Of a stretch of 64,000 nucleotides of DNA, positions 43,231 through 56,892 are shown in pieces. Every line of letters begins with the position of its first letter. The stretch's first letter is position 1. The DNA is from Phallusia mammillata (lineage: Eukaryota), in NCBI GenBank assembly GCA_965637545.1, contig OZ281501.1:17422001-17486000 (forward strand), given 5' to 3'. The notes under the pieces were generated by a model. That model made no database searches. It was not told the origin of the DNA and worked only from the letters and a program-made list of their open reading frames with translations. A program made the translations under genes and the position numbers.

Positions 43231-46200
43231 ATGACTATGGATAAACCTCTCACATTAAATAGCATATGTCGGCTAACGCTGGCTAATGCTATGTTTAAAA
43301 GGCTTATTGGGGAAGAAGATATTAACAAAATTCACAGAGCTCTTACTCAGTTTGTGTCTGGAAAAATCGTCCCAAATTCTGCTGTAATAGGAATTCTGCA
43401 AGCTTTTCTGCTCTGCTTGGACAGTTGCAGAACGCTTAGGGTTGCAAGGACACAGATAACCCAAGAAACATACTCAAAAACCAATTCTTGGGGTCAGGGC
43501 ATACACAGAAAGGACAGTGAGTCCGAAAAACAAGGTCCACAAAGACGTTTTAAGACCCTGCTATTGGCTCGTCACACTGTACACGTCATAATGGCTACTT
43601 GGACAAAGGCTGCATTCGGCCAGTCACACCTGATTGACTCCGACTTACCTGTTGAGTTGACGATGCGAATGAGGCAATGGCTGGCCTCGTACATTGTCGA
43701 CGGTTTCCTTATGTGTAATAACTTATGTCGGACATCGTTCCCTTCAATCAAGTGCCAGCATACCATTACTGACTGGGACGAAATGCAGACAGAAGGCAGG
43801 TGCAGACAGCGCAGTCTAGAACACCACAACAATTTAGCGCAATTGGACGTACTTGCAGTGAACTTGTGCAAAGAAATTCGAAGTGAATATGGACTCACTG
43901 GTCATCCAATGAAAGAGTTGGACATGCGAGCTTCTAGTGGAAACCTCCAATGTACAAGGACAACTCTGAATTATCTAAAAGTGGCCCTCGAACAGTCACG
44001 TGACAGGGAAGATGACGCAACAGATTTGAAACCTTTACGAGGTATAAAAAATGTTGTGTTGAGCTGTAAGTTTTTCTTTATAGTGATGTAATAAATACAC
44101 AAATACCAGAGATTCTGTGTGTAGTGAACACAGTATGTTGAAACATGTCCTACAATAGTTATTGTTGTTTAAAATGACTGAACAATTAAAATGTATATTA
44201 TTGATATGTACGTGGTTGTATTACCTTCATACCTGCAAGTTTAAACAAATGAAATATGTTTCGCAGTGCAAGATATGCCGACCATCAAACTGGAGGTAGC
44301 TATGGTGGGATCAACACACAATGCACACTCAGACAATTTGCTCGCTGTTTTGGAATCTTCGAGAAAACATAACATCAATATCAGCATCTCTTCTTTCAGG
44401 TAAGGAAACTGTAATAGACTAGTCCGTTTGAGATCAATCTTGCTTTTTCTGTCCAAGGTTCAATGTGTTTCTAACAATAATTACAAAATTTTAGAACCTA
44501 TTCTTTAGCGATAATTATGCAACTTTCCATATAGTCGTTTTGGGAACCTCCTTTCTTAAACACGTTTTTTGGGACCGTGTTTTAGGTTTAAAATTGATAG
44601 GCTGTGTTTCGCATGGGGCGCAATATAGTGGTGATCAAAAATGAAATGCCCGATTACATTTGATCAGTACCATTTTATCAGTGTGAACAAAAATGCTAGT
44701 GTTTAAACGAGATTATTGTAAACGTGTAGTCTCAGTCGTTTTATTTTCAAACACACATTGGAACTAACTTTTTTGTTCAAGCGAAATTAAGCAACCGGTC
44801 ACAACCGTTTGCGGATTTTTAAACCAAGCACGTGACACTTTCAGGTTCGATGACGTCACTCCGGCTCTGACGTCAGAAATAATCCGCAACCTTGTCGACC
44901 CTGGTCTCATCCGACAACTGCACTTCCGCCACGTGGATCCTACTTGTCTGTTTCAAACCAAAGATGCTTTAAGAAAGTTGACAGGACTCGAAGAATTCTC
45001 GTTGTCCACTTGCTCTTTCCAACCTGTTACGTTCAACGCAGACGAGGTTGGTTGCAATGGTTTTATTTACATGTAGTCGATATCGTTTGTTTGTTTTTTT
45101 GCCGCCTGTAGTCAAATTACTAATGTAGCTACACTTGAGATAAAATTGGGTTCAAAATTGAAGCCCAAACCCAGTTTTACAAAATATAAGCCTGAATTAG
45201 GCCCGAAAATTAGATCTGCCAAGGTGGAAATACTAGACAAATGTGGCCAACTATAAAGCAAGGCTCGAATTAAGCGCGGTTTATTCTACCGTAAGTCCGC
45301 CAGCCCTAATTACAATTCTGGCTCGGATTAAGACTGCAGGCAACAGAACTATTGTAACAGAACAAAAGAAAGATGAGCATTTTTCAACATGTGTCATTTT
45401 TGTTTTACTGTAAGTAAGATGTTACTCACCCTGCACAAAGTAATCATCACAAAAACGTATGTTATTTAGAAATGCCTGTTGGTTTTTATTGTAAAATAAG
45501 ATGCGCACCGCACGTCTTTATGATGTAATAAATAAACCGGATTGCCCTCGCAAGGCTTATGTAACTGTGTTTCCGTTGACAGAACACGCAATACAACTGA
45601 CAACACGTTTATTGAGGTCAAAATAATTTGTATTTTTTTTCCTCTAGACCGCCACCTTGTGGAACGAAATGATTGGCAACTGGCCAAAACTTCGCTGGTT
45701 GGAAATCAGCAGAATCTGTTTCACGTTCAAATCGGCATCAGACGTCAAAATATCTCCATCTTTGAAATATCTTGAATTCTCCGAAGGAAGCTTATCAGCT
45801 GAAATGCTAAAGTGGCTCACTGGGCATTTTGAACAAGACGGAACTATTCGATCTCTTCGTTTTGTGCGCGAAACCGCTCTTTCCAACCGTGAACGTCTTT
45901 GGAAAGAGTTTACTAACCTTCTTAGCGCATCTAGAACATCAATCTCAACTCTTAGCGTCGACCATTGCTGCCTTAACGACAATCAATGCGACGAGATGAC
46001 CCAGGTTCTCGGCTCAGACACCACAACCCTAAGTTCCCCGCCTTCAAGCTTAAAGAAACTCACCATTCGCGAACCGCACACTAGTTGGCGCACTATGAGT
46101 GATATTTTTTCAACAGTTATTTCAAGTTCCGTTCCTCTTTTCCCAAAGCTCCATTACTTCTCAGCGCTTGTACCACGAATGTCCGAAGTCTCGCAGTGGC

Positions 46201-46361
46201 AACGTTTTATTGTTCCGACCAGTGCTGACTGCGCAATAGAGGTTGCGAATCAAGGGGACCCTCGCCACTTCTACGAAAGGAAATTAGCCAAGTTGGCCTC
46301 TAAGGAAGGAAGACACGTGCAAATTGACCTATGCTGGGAGCCTGAGTGTGACTGGACATAA
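43231..46361 (+). CDS. Uncharacterised protein with N-terminal BC-box-like motif and C-terminal degenerate LRRs; exons 43231-44041, 44267-44399, 44845-45046, 45648-46361; 619 aa
   Basis: 1860 nt in-phase spliced frame; TLNSICRLTL at the N-terminus; LxxLxL repeats LTGLEEFSL, WPKLRWLEI, SLKYLEF, TIRSLRF, SISTLSV, SLKKLTI, PKLHYF. Confidence 0.8.
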
Positions 46362-48680
46362 GTTTACAGTTTTTAGAGGTTCCCGATAAGTCTTTGTAAA
46401 ATTGATTGTTGAAAACTGCAAAACTATACTATCACAATAACTCACAATAGAAAAGTTTGAAATACCGATAGATTCAAATTTATGAACACATTTAGTCATT
46501 CATGTTTGTTAATTTAAGATGCATATTTCGCTTTTACAGCACCCTCGCTATCTATAAGCAAGTGCACAGATATCATATTAGTGAAACAGTACACATAAAA
46601 CAACTGGAAAAGATGTATAAAATTAATATCAAAAACGAATATTTAAATCTGCCGAACCTGAATTCAACAAAATATTAAATAACGATTTATGCTGTAAAGA
46701 GTTTTTTAAATTAACAGTGAGATTTGGTTAGGTTTATGAACTAGGTTGATGTTATTGTTATGACACCTCTCTAATAGCTCTCGCCGTCGGCGTTTTTACA
46801 CAAATTGCATTTTAAATATTCGCGAATGTTTAGCGCTATCTAGCGGTATTAAGCGAACTGGTCTGGTGTGAGTTTTTGTGTTATAGTAGATTTTTCGTTA
46901 AAGACGCATAGAGCACACTTTACCAAATTGTTTAGTTTCAGAAGTTATTGTATTCAATTGAAAATATTTTATTGTTATCAAAAACAATCGTGCATTACAT
47001 TTATGAAACTCGCCTTTTGATCTTCTTTATGTGTTTTAGTTACCTTACTGCGTATTTATTTTAACTTTGTTGTTATAGTACCTTACTACCTCACCTTTAC
47101 TATACAATAATTGCCCACATACGTATTTTGTGTTACACATGCTTTGCACTGTTATATGTTGGCGGCACCAACGCAAATTGCAATTTAAAACTTTTTGTTT
47201 CGCTTTCACTTCTGCCGATGGCCATGGTGTGGTGTGTGCTAGCTTTACCACGGTGCCAATTATGGCTAATATAGTGTAAAAAATAATACTAAACCCCTAT
47301 TTAATGTTTAACTTTAGATACACGTTCCATCTTATTTTCACAAATACAACATAAAAATTATAATCATTTGGGTTTGCACCTAACTACAGAAATGCTTTAT
47401 TGAAATTTTTATGATGTTTATGTGGAAACATTTTATGTGGTAATTTATTCGAATTCTCAAGAATACAAAAAAGAAGAGACACTCTGTGTGGTTGTCAATT
47501 AGTCAGCTGTTAAGATGCAAAAATCAGACTTTGTCAATTACAGTTTCCCTTTTAACTGTATTGGACTTTGGACATCAAACATTGTATTCGCATGTAATAA
47601 TAGTGACGTATTTTAATTGACCCGGTCAAGTTACCTCGCCTGTTTTTACACAAAAGCTTGACCGTTTACTAATCGAATAAAACCAGTTTTACCAATCACT
47701 GAACCGGTCATAAACTGTCTTAAGGCTTTTTCATTATAGTCCCTTTACGTGTTAAGACATGCAACGTCTTAAACGGCTTCCAGTCAGGTTACATTTGACG
47801 ATTCCAAACGAACTAAAGATAATTGTGACTTAGAGCATCGTCAACCTTGTGGTGTATGGGTATTTATAATAACGCCTCCATGTTAATATAAGTCAAGCGT
47901 TTTTTTTAACTCAAATTACCGCACAGTAAGTACAGTACATTACAGTATTTCTGTTGTGTGTTCAAACGAAAGTATAGGGCCGTTGTGATTCGCGACATGT
48001 TCTGTCGAAATATAGACTCGGGAACTTAACGGTAGTGTTCGGCGTCATATAGTTTTAGTTAGACAGCGATTAGTTTGTTTATTTAAAAAAGTCAGATATA
48101 TAGTGTGTTAAGAATTGTCTACCCTAAGGGTCAGTACATAACCACCACTTTACAAGTCGCCATCGAGGCAGGGCGGCTACACCAGCAAGTTTAGACGGTG
48201 TCCAAAATTGGACAGAAAGATAGTGCTGTGCTGTTGGTGTCAGTAATAAGATTAGTTCGGGGCGAAAAGGTGTAAAGAAAAAAAATGAAATGATTGTCTC
48301 GCACAACATTTCTTACACTTAGGGGGGCATGTGGTAATTTTTTTAGGGAGCCGCGAATGTAGAATCCCAATAGTAACAACCAGCAATAACACATGCGCCT
48401 GTTTTTATAGTGCTCAGAGCATTGTATGTAGTGTTAAGTAAGCCGTTGTTTTTTGTTACCCATGTCTTTTTATCTTTTATAGTGCACAAAGTGCTATATT
48501 TCATTGGTCAGCAAGGGGCCCGCGGGTTTTGTGGGTTATTTTAGGGGCAGCAAACTGATAAAAAGTAAAGATAACTGTCTAGAAAAAGTATTCAAAAACC
48601 GTGCCAACAAATAATTTACAAAGCGTGAAAAACATCTAAAATTGCGTTCAATGTGCTATGCTATATTGGTAACATATAGC

Positions 48681-49055
48681 CAGGGTTGCCATCGACTTGA
48701 AACCAAAAATATGGACAACCGAAAAATTAAATTTTTATGCGCAACGAAACAAATGTTTTTGAACAAATCTTGGCATTTATACGAGCCATGACATAATATT
48801 TGCAATATATTTTGGAAAGAAACAATCTGTTTCAGCAACTAGAAAATACTAAGTGCATCTCACAACAGGTCGGGTCTAGGTTTACTTCTACTTGTAGCAG
48901 GAATGTGACTATAGCAATTGTTGAAAATAAGACAAAATAAGGACTACAGTCAAAAATAAGGACATTTATTATAAATAAGGACAATGAACTTTTCTGGGAC
49001 ATGGCCCTTCAAAATATGGACAAATCTTAGAAATAGGGACGGTATGGCAACCCTG
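48681..49055. mobile_element. hAT-type MITE (related copy 59560-59793)
   Basis: TIR CAGGGTTGCCA...TGGCAACCCTG; TSD CATATAGC/CATAAAGC (1 mismatch). Confidence 0.88.
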
Positions 49056-50422
49056 CATAAAGCCCTAAAGTCAACATACGCTATAAAGCACAAACATCAA
49101 CAATTGCTAAATTCTGAGCATTTTTTCGAAACATCTTTCCAGTCAGAATCAAGCGAACTAGAAAGAGGCGTTTCAGGGGTGTGTCGCTGCCCTAATTTTG
49201 TCGGCTGACCAGCGAACGCCCCGCCAGCAAACACAGTTGTTTACCAAGTCACTAAGTAAGTTTTTTCAGCGGCTGTCGGAGGTAGTGTGGTCTGCTGGCC
49301 AGTTTTACTTGAAATGCTTGTTGCTGTTCACGCCAAACATAAGTTTGACTCAGTACTGATTACAATTGATAAGTTTGGTTATGAATGTGGATTATTTTTT
49401 AAAAGTAGTTTTTGAGTTTTAATAACGATACCGTTTACTTATTTTACTTTCTTTGATTTAGAGAGAGTTCGTCTTGAAAAAACTTGCAGTCTAATTTGGA
49501 AAACATGCACCTTGTGTGTGTATGCTGAAAGAAATGTAATAAGTTTGTACATGCCGCTAGGACATAGTATGATGTCCTTGGTTGTGTCAATATACTAGTT
49601 CAAACCGGGTAAACAGCAGAACTCTAAGCGCTGTTGTCAAGTTGGGAGGCATTTTAGCGGCTTTTGAGCAGTGACATACAGCATTCAAGGCATCAACAGT
49701 ATAGATGACCCAGATTTTCTCTGAATCACATAAATCTTACAGTCGCAGTGCAAATGTAAACTGCATCTGTTAAATTTAAACTTGTAAGCTTTTGAGCAGA
49801 AAAACAAGCTGGTTTTTGTGGTGGTAGTGCTTACAGCTACATTTGTCTTCAATTGACCTTTGGTTCTTAAACTCAGCGACAGGGCAAACAGGTACAGAAG
49901 TCGTGGAGCATATATGGAAGGTTTGGCCAAGGCAGTAAAACTTATATTGGCGCATTAAAACTTCGCTTTTAAGATGTTATGTGGACATTTAACGACTAAA
50001 TGATGGTTGGTGTAAATACGAATAATAGCTGGTTCGTAAGCTACTGTAGCAATCAAAATGCAAAAACATAAAATTAATAGTTAATAGTCAATTACAAATT
50101 ATAACATGTGTCCAAGATGGTGTGTGTTACTCGTTGTTTGTCTGTGTGTTGGGGATTAGCTACAGTCGCTGTTTCCTTTAGTAATTTGTGTCAAGACATT
50201 TGTGTATCCTGCTGCGCGCCTTTTTGTGTAAAGTAAAAGTTTGTAACCCTCAACCAAATGTAAAAAAATGTTTTTTTTTGTCGTTTCAATCCGATTTTTC
50301 AGTGTTTCTTCAAGACTCTTTAGGATTGTTTTCTGTCAGCAAATCTTAAGGTTGGCTGCACACAAAGTCTGTTCAAACTTGGCCTGTGAAAACAACACCC
50401 ATACCAGTCATCAATTGGTGCA

Positions 50423-53400
50423 ATGAAATTTCTGAGTTTCGACGACCTGGAACGCCTGGACAAATGGGTCTACAAATTAAAAGGAGTCACTATTTTGGAC
50501 TCACACATGCGAAGTAAGTCATACGAATAACATAAAACTATTGAGCAGTGAAGTACCAACGTTTTAGTAAGCAAAACAGTTTGGCAAACTTTTTGTATCA
50601 ATTTGATCTAAACTCAATTTTTAATTGTATAAATTGAAATGCGTAAACTTTTCAAATCGACAACTTAAAAATGTATGTAATATCAAATGTTGGAATGCAA
50701 ACAGCGGGAAAAAACAATTTGTCCATTTGTGAAATTGAAGACACAAGCTCAATATGAAAATAGCATGTACCCATGCTTTGAAAACTGAAAAAACTTTTGA
50801 AAGCTTTGTTATTTCTATGCAGAATGGTGGAACATTGCATTTAAGTTTGTACCGCTGAAAACCAGTCCAGATGTGATTTCTGTTTGGGGATTTATCGCAG
50901 GGATCTTATGTGCTGCCCTGGTTATTTTCTATTCTCCAGCTCTTAAAACCGAGGTATGTAAATAAAGAGGTTTTGAATTAACTGGGTTTGATTTATTCAA
51001 TTGTATTTTGAGTTGAGTTGAGTTTGTTTAGTTTTAAGTTAAGAAAAATAGGTCGGTAGAGTTTTGGGATGAGTTGAGGGAAAGGAAACGGAATTAGTCT
51101 CTGTCTGTGTTGTCATCACACTATGCGTTGGATTTCGTGAAGTCAGGCTCGTTTTTTGGAACGAAACCTTAGCCTGAACCGGGCCCAATTATTAAAAAGC
51201 CCGGCCCGATATACAACTCTGACTTGACTTAACTTAAAACCTAAAAAAAAATTTCGACGTTTCAGGTCCCAGGATGGGTGCACGTGGTTTGTGCGATTGG
51301 ATTGTTCTTCTACCAAACAATGGACCCACTTGACGGGAAACAATGCAGAAGAAGTGGAAGAAGCAGCGGAGTGGAGGAAATTTTTGACCATGGATGCGAT
51401 TCAGTTAACAGTAGTACGTTAATTTTAGTAGTTAGTTCTTACGTATTACTGCGGGACATCGTACGTTTTTGGTTAACATGGTAAACAAATTTGTGGACAA
51501 TGTAATTTCTGTTGAATTTTGCCTTTGTGTTGTAAGCGTGCTTTAATGTAGGAAATTTTGGATGCGATTCAGTTAACAGTAGTAGGTTCAATTTGGTCAG
51601 TTCTTGCATAAGGATTACTATGGGTTGGTTTACATATGTTTAATAAACCTTGTGGACAATGAAATGCTGATATAAGCGCGCCTTGATGTAACGTCTTCGG
51701 GTGTTTAAAGTGATTAAATGTCGTTCTGCAAAGTGACTAAATGAATAGGACGAAAAGGCATTTTATTGCAAATTGTTGAGGAGGTACAAACCCGGCCCAA
51801 AACTTTTAATCAGCAAAGCCCGAATAAGGTCCGAAAGTTGGTAAAATTGAGGCACAAATGTTGCCTAATCAAACCTGTTCTATTAAAACATAAGCCCGTA
51901 CCCGAACCCTATTAGCCAGGCCGTGCTTACAACAGTTGTTTAAGCATTTTTGGAATCATTTGAAAAAGTTGGTTTTGTTTATCGTTTTATATACAGTATA
52001 TGTGGTTTAACGTTGTATGAGAAGTAGTTGCGAATACCAATAGTGGAAAATTATACTTCCCTAAGCTTTAAACTGTACACACGTATCTCTTTCCCAGTAA
52101 CGTTTTGCTATAGCTCTTACTTTTTAGTTTTACAGTACGTGGTCACAACAAGCTGTTTTGTATTGGGCCACCGTTCGTGGATGTGGCTTATCTTCCTGTA
52201 CGTAGGAAATTTCACATTTTTTACAGTCCAATGGCGAACTTATGCAACCGGAATTATGCAAGTTGGCAAGTAAGCTGAACACTCACTATCACTTACATTT
52301 GAGCGGTTGTAGGCAGTGGTGGGATTCAAATTTTTTGTCAGCCGGTTCTATTACAAAAAGTCCATTGACAGTAACCAGTAATGCTAACCGGTTCGCTGAT
52401 CTCATAAAATTTCGTGAGACGGTTTCATAGAACCTGTGCGAACCGGCTGAATCCCACCACTGGTTGTAGGTTATAATCACTTGGAATCTGTCGCCAAGAC
52501 GACTAAGGAGTGTTTATAAGGTTGCGGGTTCTAACCCTGTCTACGCCAATTCAATGAGAAAATTCAGCGGCTTTACTCCAACCCAGTGGTATATTATAAG
52601 TTGAACTAAATTGAAGCCTCCGAGACCTCTAAGTAAAACACAAAACAGGCAGCTCGACGTCGGGCTCATTGTGAGCATATAACGCATACAGGCGTTGCTT
52701 GTCCACTAATGATAGAATTGGCATAAAGTTTATGCCATAAACAAAGCATACAAGAAACGACGTCTGATTCAGTTCAAATTTATGTCAAAGAGAAACACTG
52801 AATCATATCGATTAAGTCATATTTCCTGAATGCGTAAATTTGGACGTTACTGGGTACGGTCATTTTGTTATGTAATACATGTGGTCAGCTTTTTTTTTTT
52901 TTTTAGCTTTTTTTACCAGCTGCAATACACAGTGTCCTTTGAAAAACGGCCTTACCAAGTGTCCATGGTTATCTATTTTGCATAAAAAGTTGTGTAAACC
53001 GATGGCTATATACCGCTTAAATAAAACTGTATCTGTGATCTTATTCAAATAGAATTATATGAGACACATTATTAAACACTTAAACTTCCTTTTTACGCAC
53101 TATATCGCTATCAAAGTTTTTATTCCCGCATTAACTTTTTAGAAAATTTGTAAATATATTATCCTTAAAGAACAAAACGTCTCAATCATACTTTCTAAAA
53201 AAACAAACAATTTGAAGCATCTATTGAGACTTTGTTTAGTTTTGAAAAGCTGGCTATGTAAAATGCTAATGTGCATACATTTTAAGAAATAGAAAGTGGA
53301 AAAATGCATTTTTTAAACTCTTTTACCAGAATTGACCACACTGAAACACAAGTAATGGGAATGATGACCATGCTGACAACAGCGGTGTATGGATCGCAAA

Positions 53401-55694
53401 TATGGGAAACGAAGGTAAACTGCATTTCATAAACTTTGTCGCTCAGTAATATGTTACTGTTGTTTGTAGAACCGGTTTGCCAAAGTAGGCTTTACATCTT
53501 TTACGTGACTCAAGTAACTATGAACGGGTGTAACTGATATCACTGATGTTGGCATGAGCATTTGCCGAAATGTTTGAATAATAAAGCATGTCGCCTTTTA
53601 CGTCTAATTAGGCCGTTATTTTCATCATCAAATTATGAACAAATCCGTATATCATGTTCCAAAAGCCCTGTGAATATTTGTTTTAGGATTTGAGTTATTG
53701 TCTGCTGGAATGTTTAGGACTACTGTTATTTCTTTGTTTGTAATAATTTTTCCCTTGGTAGGCAATTAATTAAATAATTCAGAAGCATTTCGCAGAAATA
53801 TGTAATAATAAGCTTACGACAAACTATGTTTTTTATTTGTTTGATCCCATGATGGAAATGAACGCTTATGGGCTCCTCCTTGTGACAACTAAATATTGCG
53901 TAAAGGCTTGTAACAAGAATTTTTTTTACCAGGTATTAGGATTGCCTTTTAATCTGGTAGAAATCGCAATATACACCACCACTATAACAGGAGTGTTCAA
54001 AGTCCTCGAAAACGTCCAAGACACAATCGCACACAAGGTTAGTAAATGCATACAGCAAAACAACTTGACTAATGGCCACACCATTTAACTCAGTGATTCT
54101 CAAACCCGGCTTTCAGGGCCGCATGCGGCACCCAATAACTTATTTTCCGGCTCGCACTAGACCTCAGAAAACCACCGAACATTGCTAGTTTAGCTTTCAA
54201 AGTAATAATCTTTAGTGATTTACTCAAGGTCTCGTTTTTTGCGGCTCCCTACACACTTAAAAACTACCATTTGGCAACGACAATAAAAAAGTTTGAGAAC
54301 CACTGATTTAACTTCTGCATTTTGTTTCAGAAATCCATTATACCTGCTTCTACGTTTATCATCGGTCATATTCTCTTTTGTTTGTCATTTTACCTAACCC
54401 AAGCGTGGATTGATGAACATGACATGTTGGTTGTGTTCGGATTCTTTTTGGGATTCTTCGTAGCGAAACAAGATCAACGAATTGTGGTAAACGTTTTGAA
54501 CGTGGATATATCATATTTTTGCCTCCAAACTCTTTAATGTGTTTCAGTATGAATTTCCTGTAAATTTTAGGAAGTGTTTTAGTTGAACAAATTTTGGTTT
54601 AATTTTGGTATCTCGAAGTTTCTCAGCCAAATATTTCAACGATGCATTGATCCATGTCTGCATATGGTCTCAATAATACAAGGAAATTAAGAAACACCTC
54701 ATGTAGCCTAGTTCAGTTTGTGCGAGACCTGAAAATAAACTTTTTACAATTAACGAATTCATTTTTAGATTGCTCATTTAGTGGAGGGAAAAATGAAATT
54801 TTGGGATACATCTCTGATACCAGTTGTGGCTTACACTTGCTATGCAATCTTTGGGAGTGCAGATCCAAACACCCTTGCAGTATTACTTTGGGCTTGCTGT
54901 GTAAGTATTGCTGTGTTGGTTAATTTATCATTAACTCTGAGTCAACGGGTCAACTTAAGGCTGTATAGTCCAAAGGTCGCTAACATAACACATATGATAT
55001 TGCAGCTTATTAGGCTACTTTGACCGAAATGTTGGCAAGTTTTGAATGGAGTAGGTATTGCTCCAAATCAGTGTTTTCCGGTGGATTGAAATAAATTTTG
55101 GTTACCAATCTGCCCAAATTAAAAAAAATTAAGTATGAAATGATTTAACGCACTTGCAATAAAACAAGCAGCTCGACGGCGGACACATCGCGACCATATC
55201 CAGGCGTTGCCCGCCCAGAGAGAATAAAAATACAACAAACGAACAAACATAGGCTATATCTTTCTTCCCCAAGTCCTGTTCGTTACCGGGCCGCGCAGTT
55301 TTCAGGTTAAACGTTTTGAAACATTTTCCACGTGCATCCCGGGGATTGTAAACTAGTTTAAGCGTTTTTGTTGCTAAATATTTGTAGTTTTTTGAAGGCC
55401 GGTCCGCGATAAAATTTCAGTTTCAAAAATGATCAACAGTGCAAAAAAGTTGCCGACGCCTGGTTTAGAAAACAATCAAACCATCAATAACATGTTTTCG
55501 TTCCTCAGGTTTTCAGTTTTATTGACGTGGCAATATTTTTTACCTGCGTCACACGAGAAATGGCGGATCACTATGGATTCGAAATCTTCCGACTTCAGAA
55601 GGGAGAACGGACATTTTGGGATGCTCTGGAAGAAGATGCTCCTGATCCCAACAACAAGCCACGTGTTGCTGATGAGTTTACTCACAATGACTGA
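50423..55694 (+). CDS. CDP-alcohol phosphatidyltransferase, CHPT1/CEPT1 family (divergent); exons 50423-50513, 50823-50953, 51266-51413, 52128-52269, 53330-53414, 53933-54037, 54331-54486, 54769-54900, 55509-55694; 391 aa
   Basis: AIGLFFYQTMDPLDGKQCRRSGRSSGVEEIFDHGCDS, QWRTYATG and IDHTETQ align with CHPT1/CEPT1; many hydrophobic segments; 1176 nt in frame. Orthology (CHPT1, CEPT1 or SELENOI) not assignable by eye. Confidence 0.9.
51375..51690. repeat. Local tandem duplication of about 170 bp covering the 3' end of the catalytic exon and its donor
   Basis: GGAAATTTT...GGATGCGATTCAGTTAACAGTAGTA...TTGTGGACAATG...AAGCG(T/C)GC occurs at about 51375-51545 and again at about 51551-51690. Confidence 0.8.
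52314..52462. mobile_element. hAT-type MITE, young copy
   Basis: Perfect 14-bp TIR CAGTGGTGGGATTC/GAATCCCACCACTG and perfect 8-bp TSD GTTGTAGG. Confidence 0.95.
54091..54305. mobile_element. hAT-type MITE
   Basis: TIR CAGTGATTCTCAAA...TTTGAGAACCACTG; perfect 8-bp TSD ATTTAACT. Confidence 0.93.
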
Positions 55695-56646
55695 ATATCT
55701 GATCTAGGCTATTATGCAGTGTTGATGAATTTTTTATATAGACCCTTGCCACAGACATTCTTTACATAACTAAACACAGTTAGAGCTGTAAGTTGGGCCT
55801 GGCTGAGGTGTGAATGAAACCGACTTGATAAGGGCATGACTTTACACGGCAACATTTGTGTCGCAATTTTACATTGGTAAATTGGACTTTTTACATAATT
55901 TTGGGTTGGTTTGCAGGTCCACTTGACCTACAACTCTGAACAGAGTTAATATAGGTGACAAAATCAGGCACGAGAACATGAACCTCAAACTATGGGGAAG
56001 TATACTGATCTAAATATAAAGTAACATGTCTTACGTTAGTACATTGAAGTAGCATACCTAGAATACTTACACTAAAGAATTTAAACTTGACCTCATCAAC
56101 GAGAGCAATTAAAGTTTTTCTCACAAGACTGTATACGTCAGTGCTTCTTTTCTTTGTTACCACTTCGCTATGCATAAAAACACATATACCTTTGCCACTA
56201 AATCGTATGACATTTAAGTGTTGCAAAATTGTATTCTTGAATGCTGTGTTTCATCGATACCCCCGGGCCGTTTAACATAAAGTTTGAATTTCAGTGACCT
56301 CTCTAGATTGATTTGTTTTCGCTATATGTTGAAATTATACATTACCAACGTCTGTTGCTGCATTTAAATATTTCGACTTCATTTTATTTTTGAAACTGTT
56401 GTAGACATTCTGTTGCGCCAAAAGTATACTTTTTTTTGATCAGACGTTCCGGGATGGTACCTAGATTTTAGTGCTTACTTTTACTGTATAGTTATTTTCG
56501 TATCCCGGTTTAGCTTTCAAGTCATCAAACAGTCCTGCACGTTTTCAACACAACGTTCACTCAAATTAACAGTTCAAAATTGAAAATCTTCGGACTACAA
56601 AAGAGCAAAAAAAGCATTTCGGGTGAAAGTAGAAGCCCCTTTACAC

Positions 56647-56892
56647 ATACGTATGGGCAAGAGGGGGCACTTGCCCCCCCCCCCCCCCCCTGGAATTTCA
56701 GTGTACCTCAATTTAACACAAACCTAATTAAATTGGCAGCGTGGGGATTTGTGACGTCGTTCAATGCTTTAACGTTTAGGCAACTCAATTGTGAAGTACA
56801 CGATTTATGGCTTCACATGTAACAAATTCTTGATGCGGTAAAGTATCAGCCAAAATTTGCCCCCTCTTGCAAAATTTTCTGCCGGCGCCCAT
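56647..56892. mobile_element. Probable PIF/Harbinger-type MITE with poly-C tract
   Basis: Right end GCCGGCGCCCATG; left end ATGGGCAAGAGGGGGC; internal GCAAGAGGGGGC and GCCCCTCTTGC are inverted; long C run at about 56674-56690. Confidence 0.5.

Noticed and set aside
43273-45982. Minus-strand ORFs 43273-43464, 43572-43898, 44241-44456 and 45644-45982
   Set aside because: Antisense shadows of the LRR gene exons.
48124-49930. ORFs 48124-48394, 48984-49208 and 49685-49930
   Set aside because: No splice-consistent extension or motif; one overlaps a MITE end.
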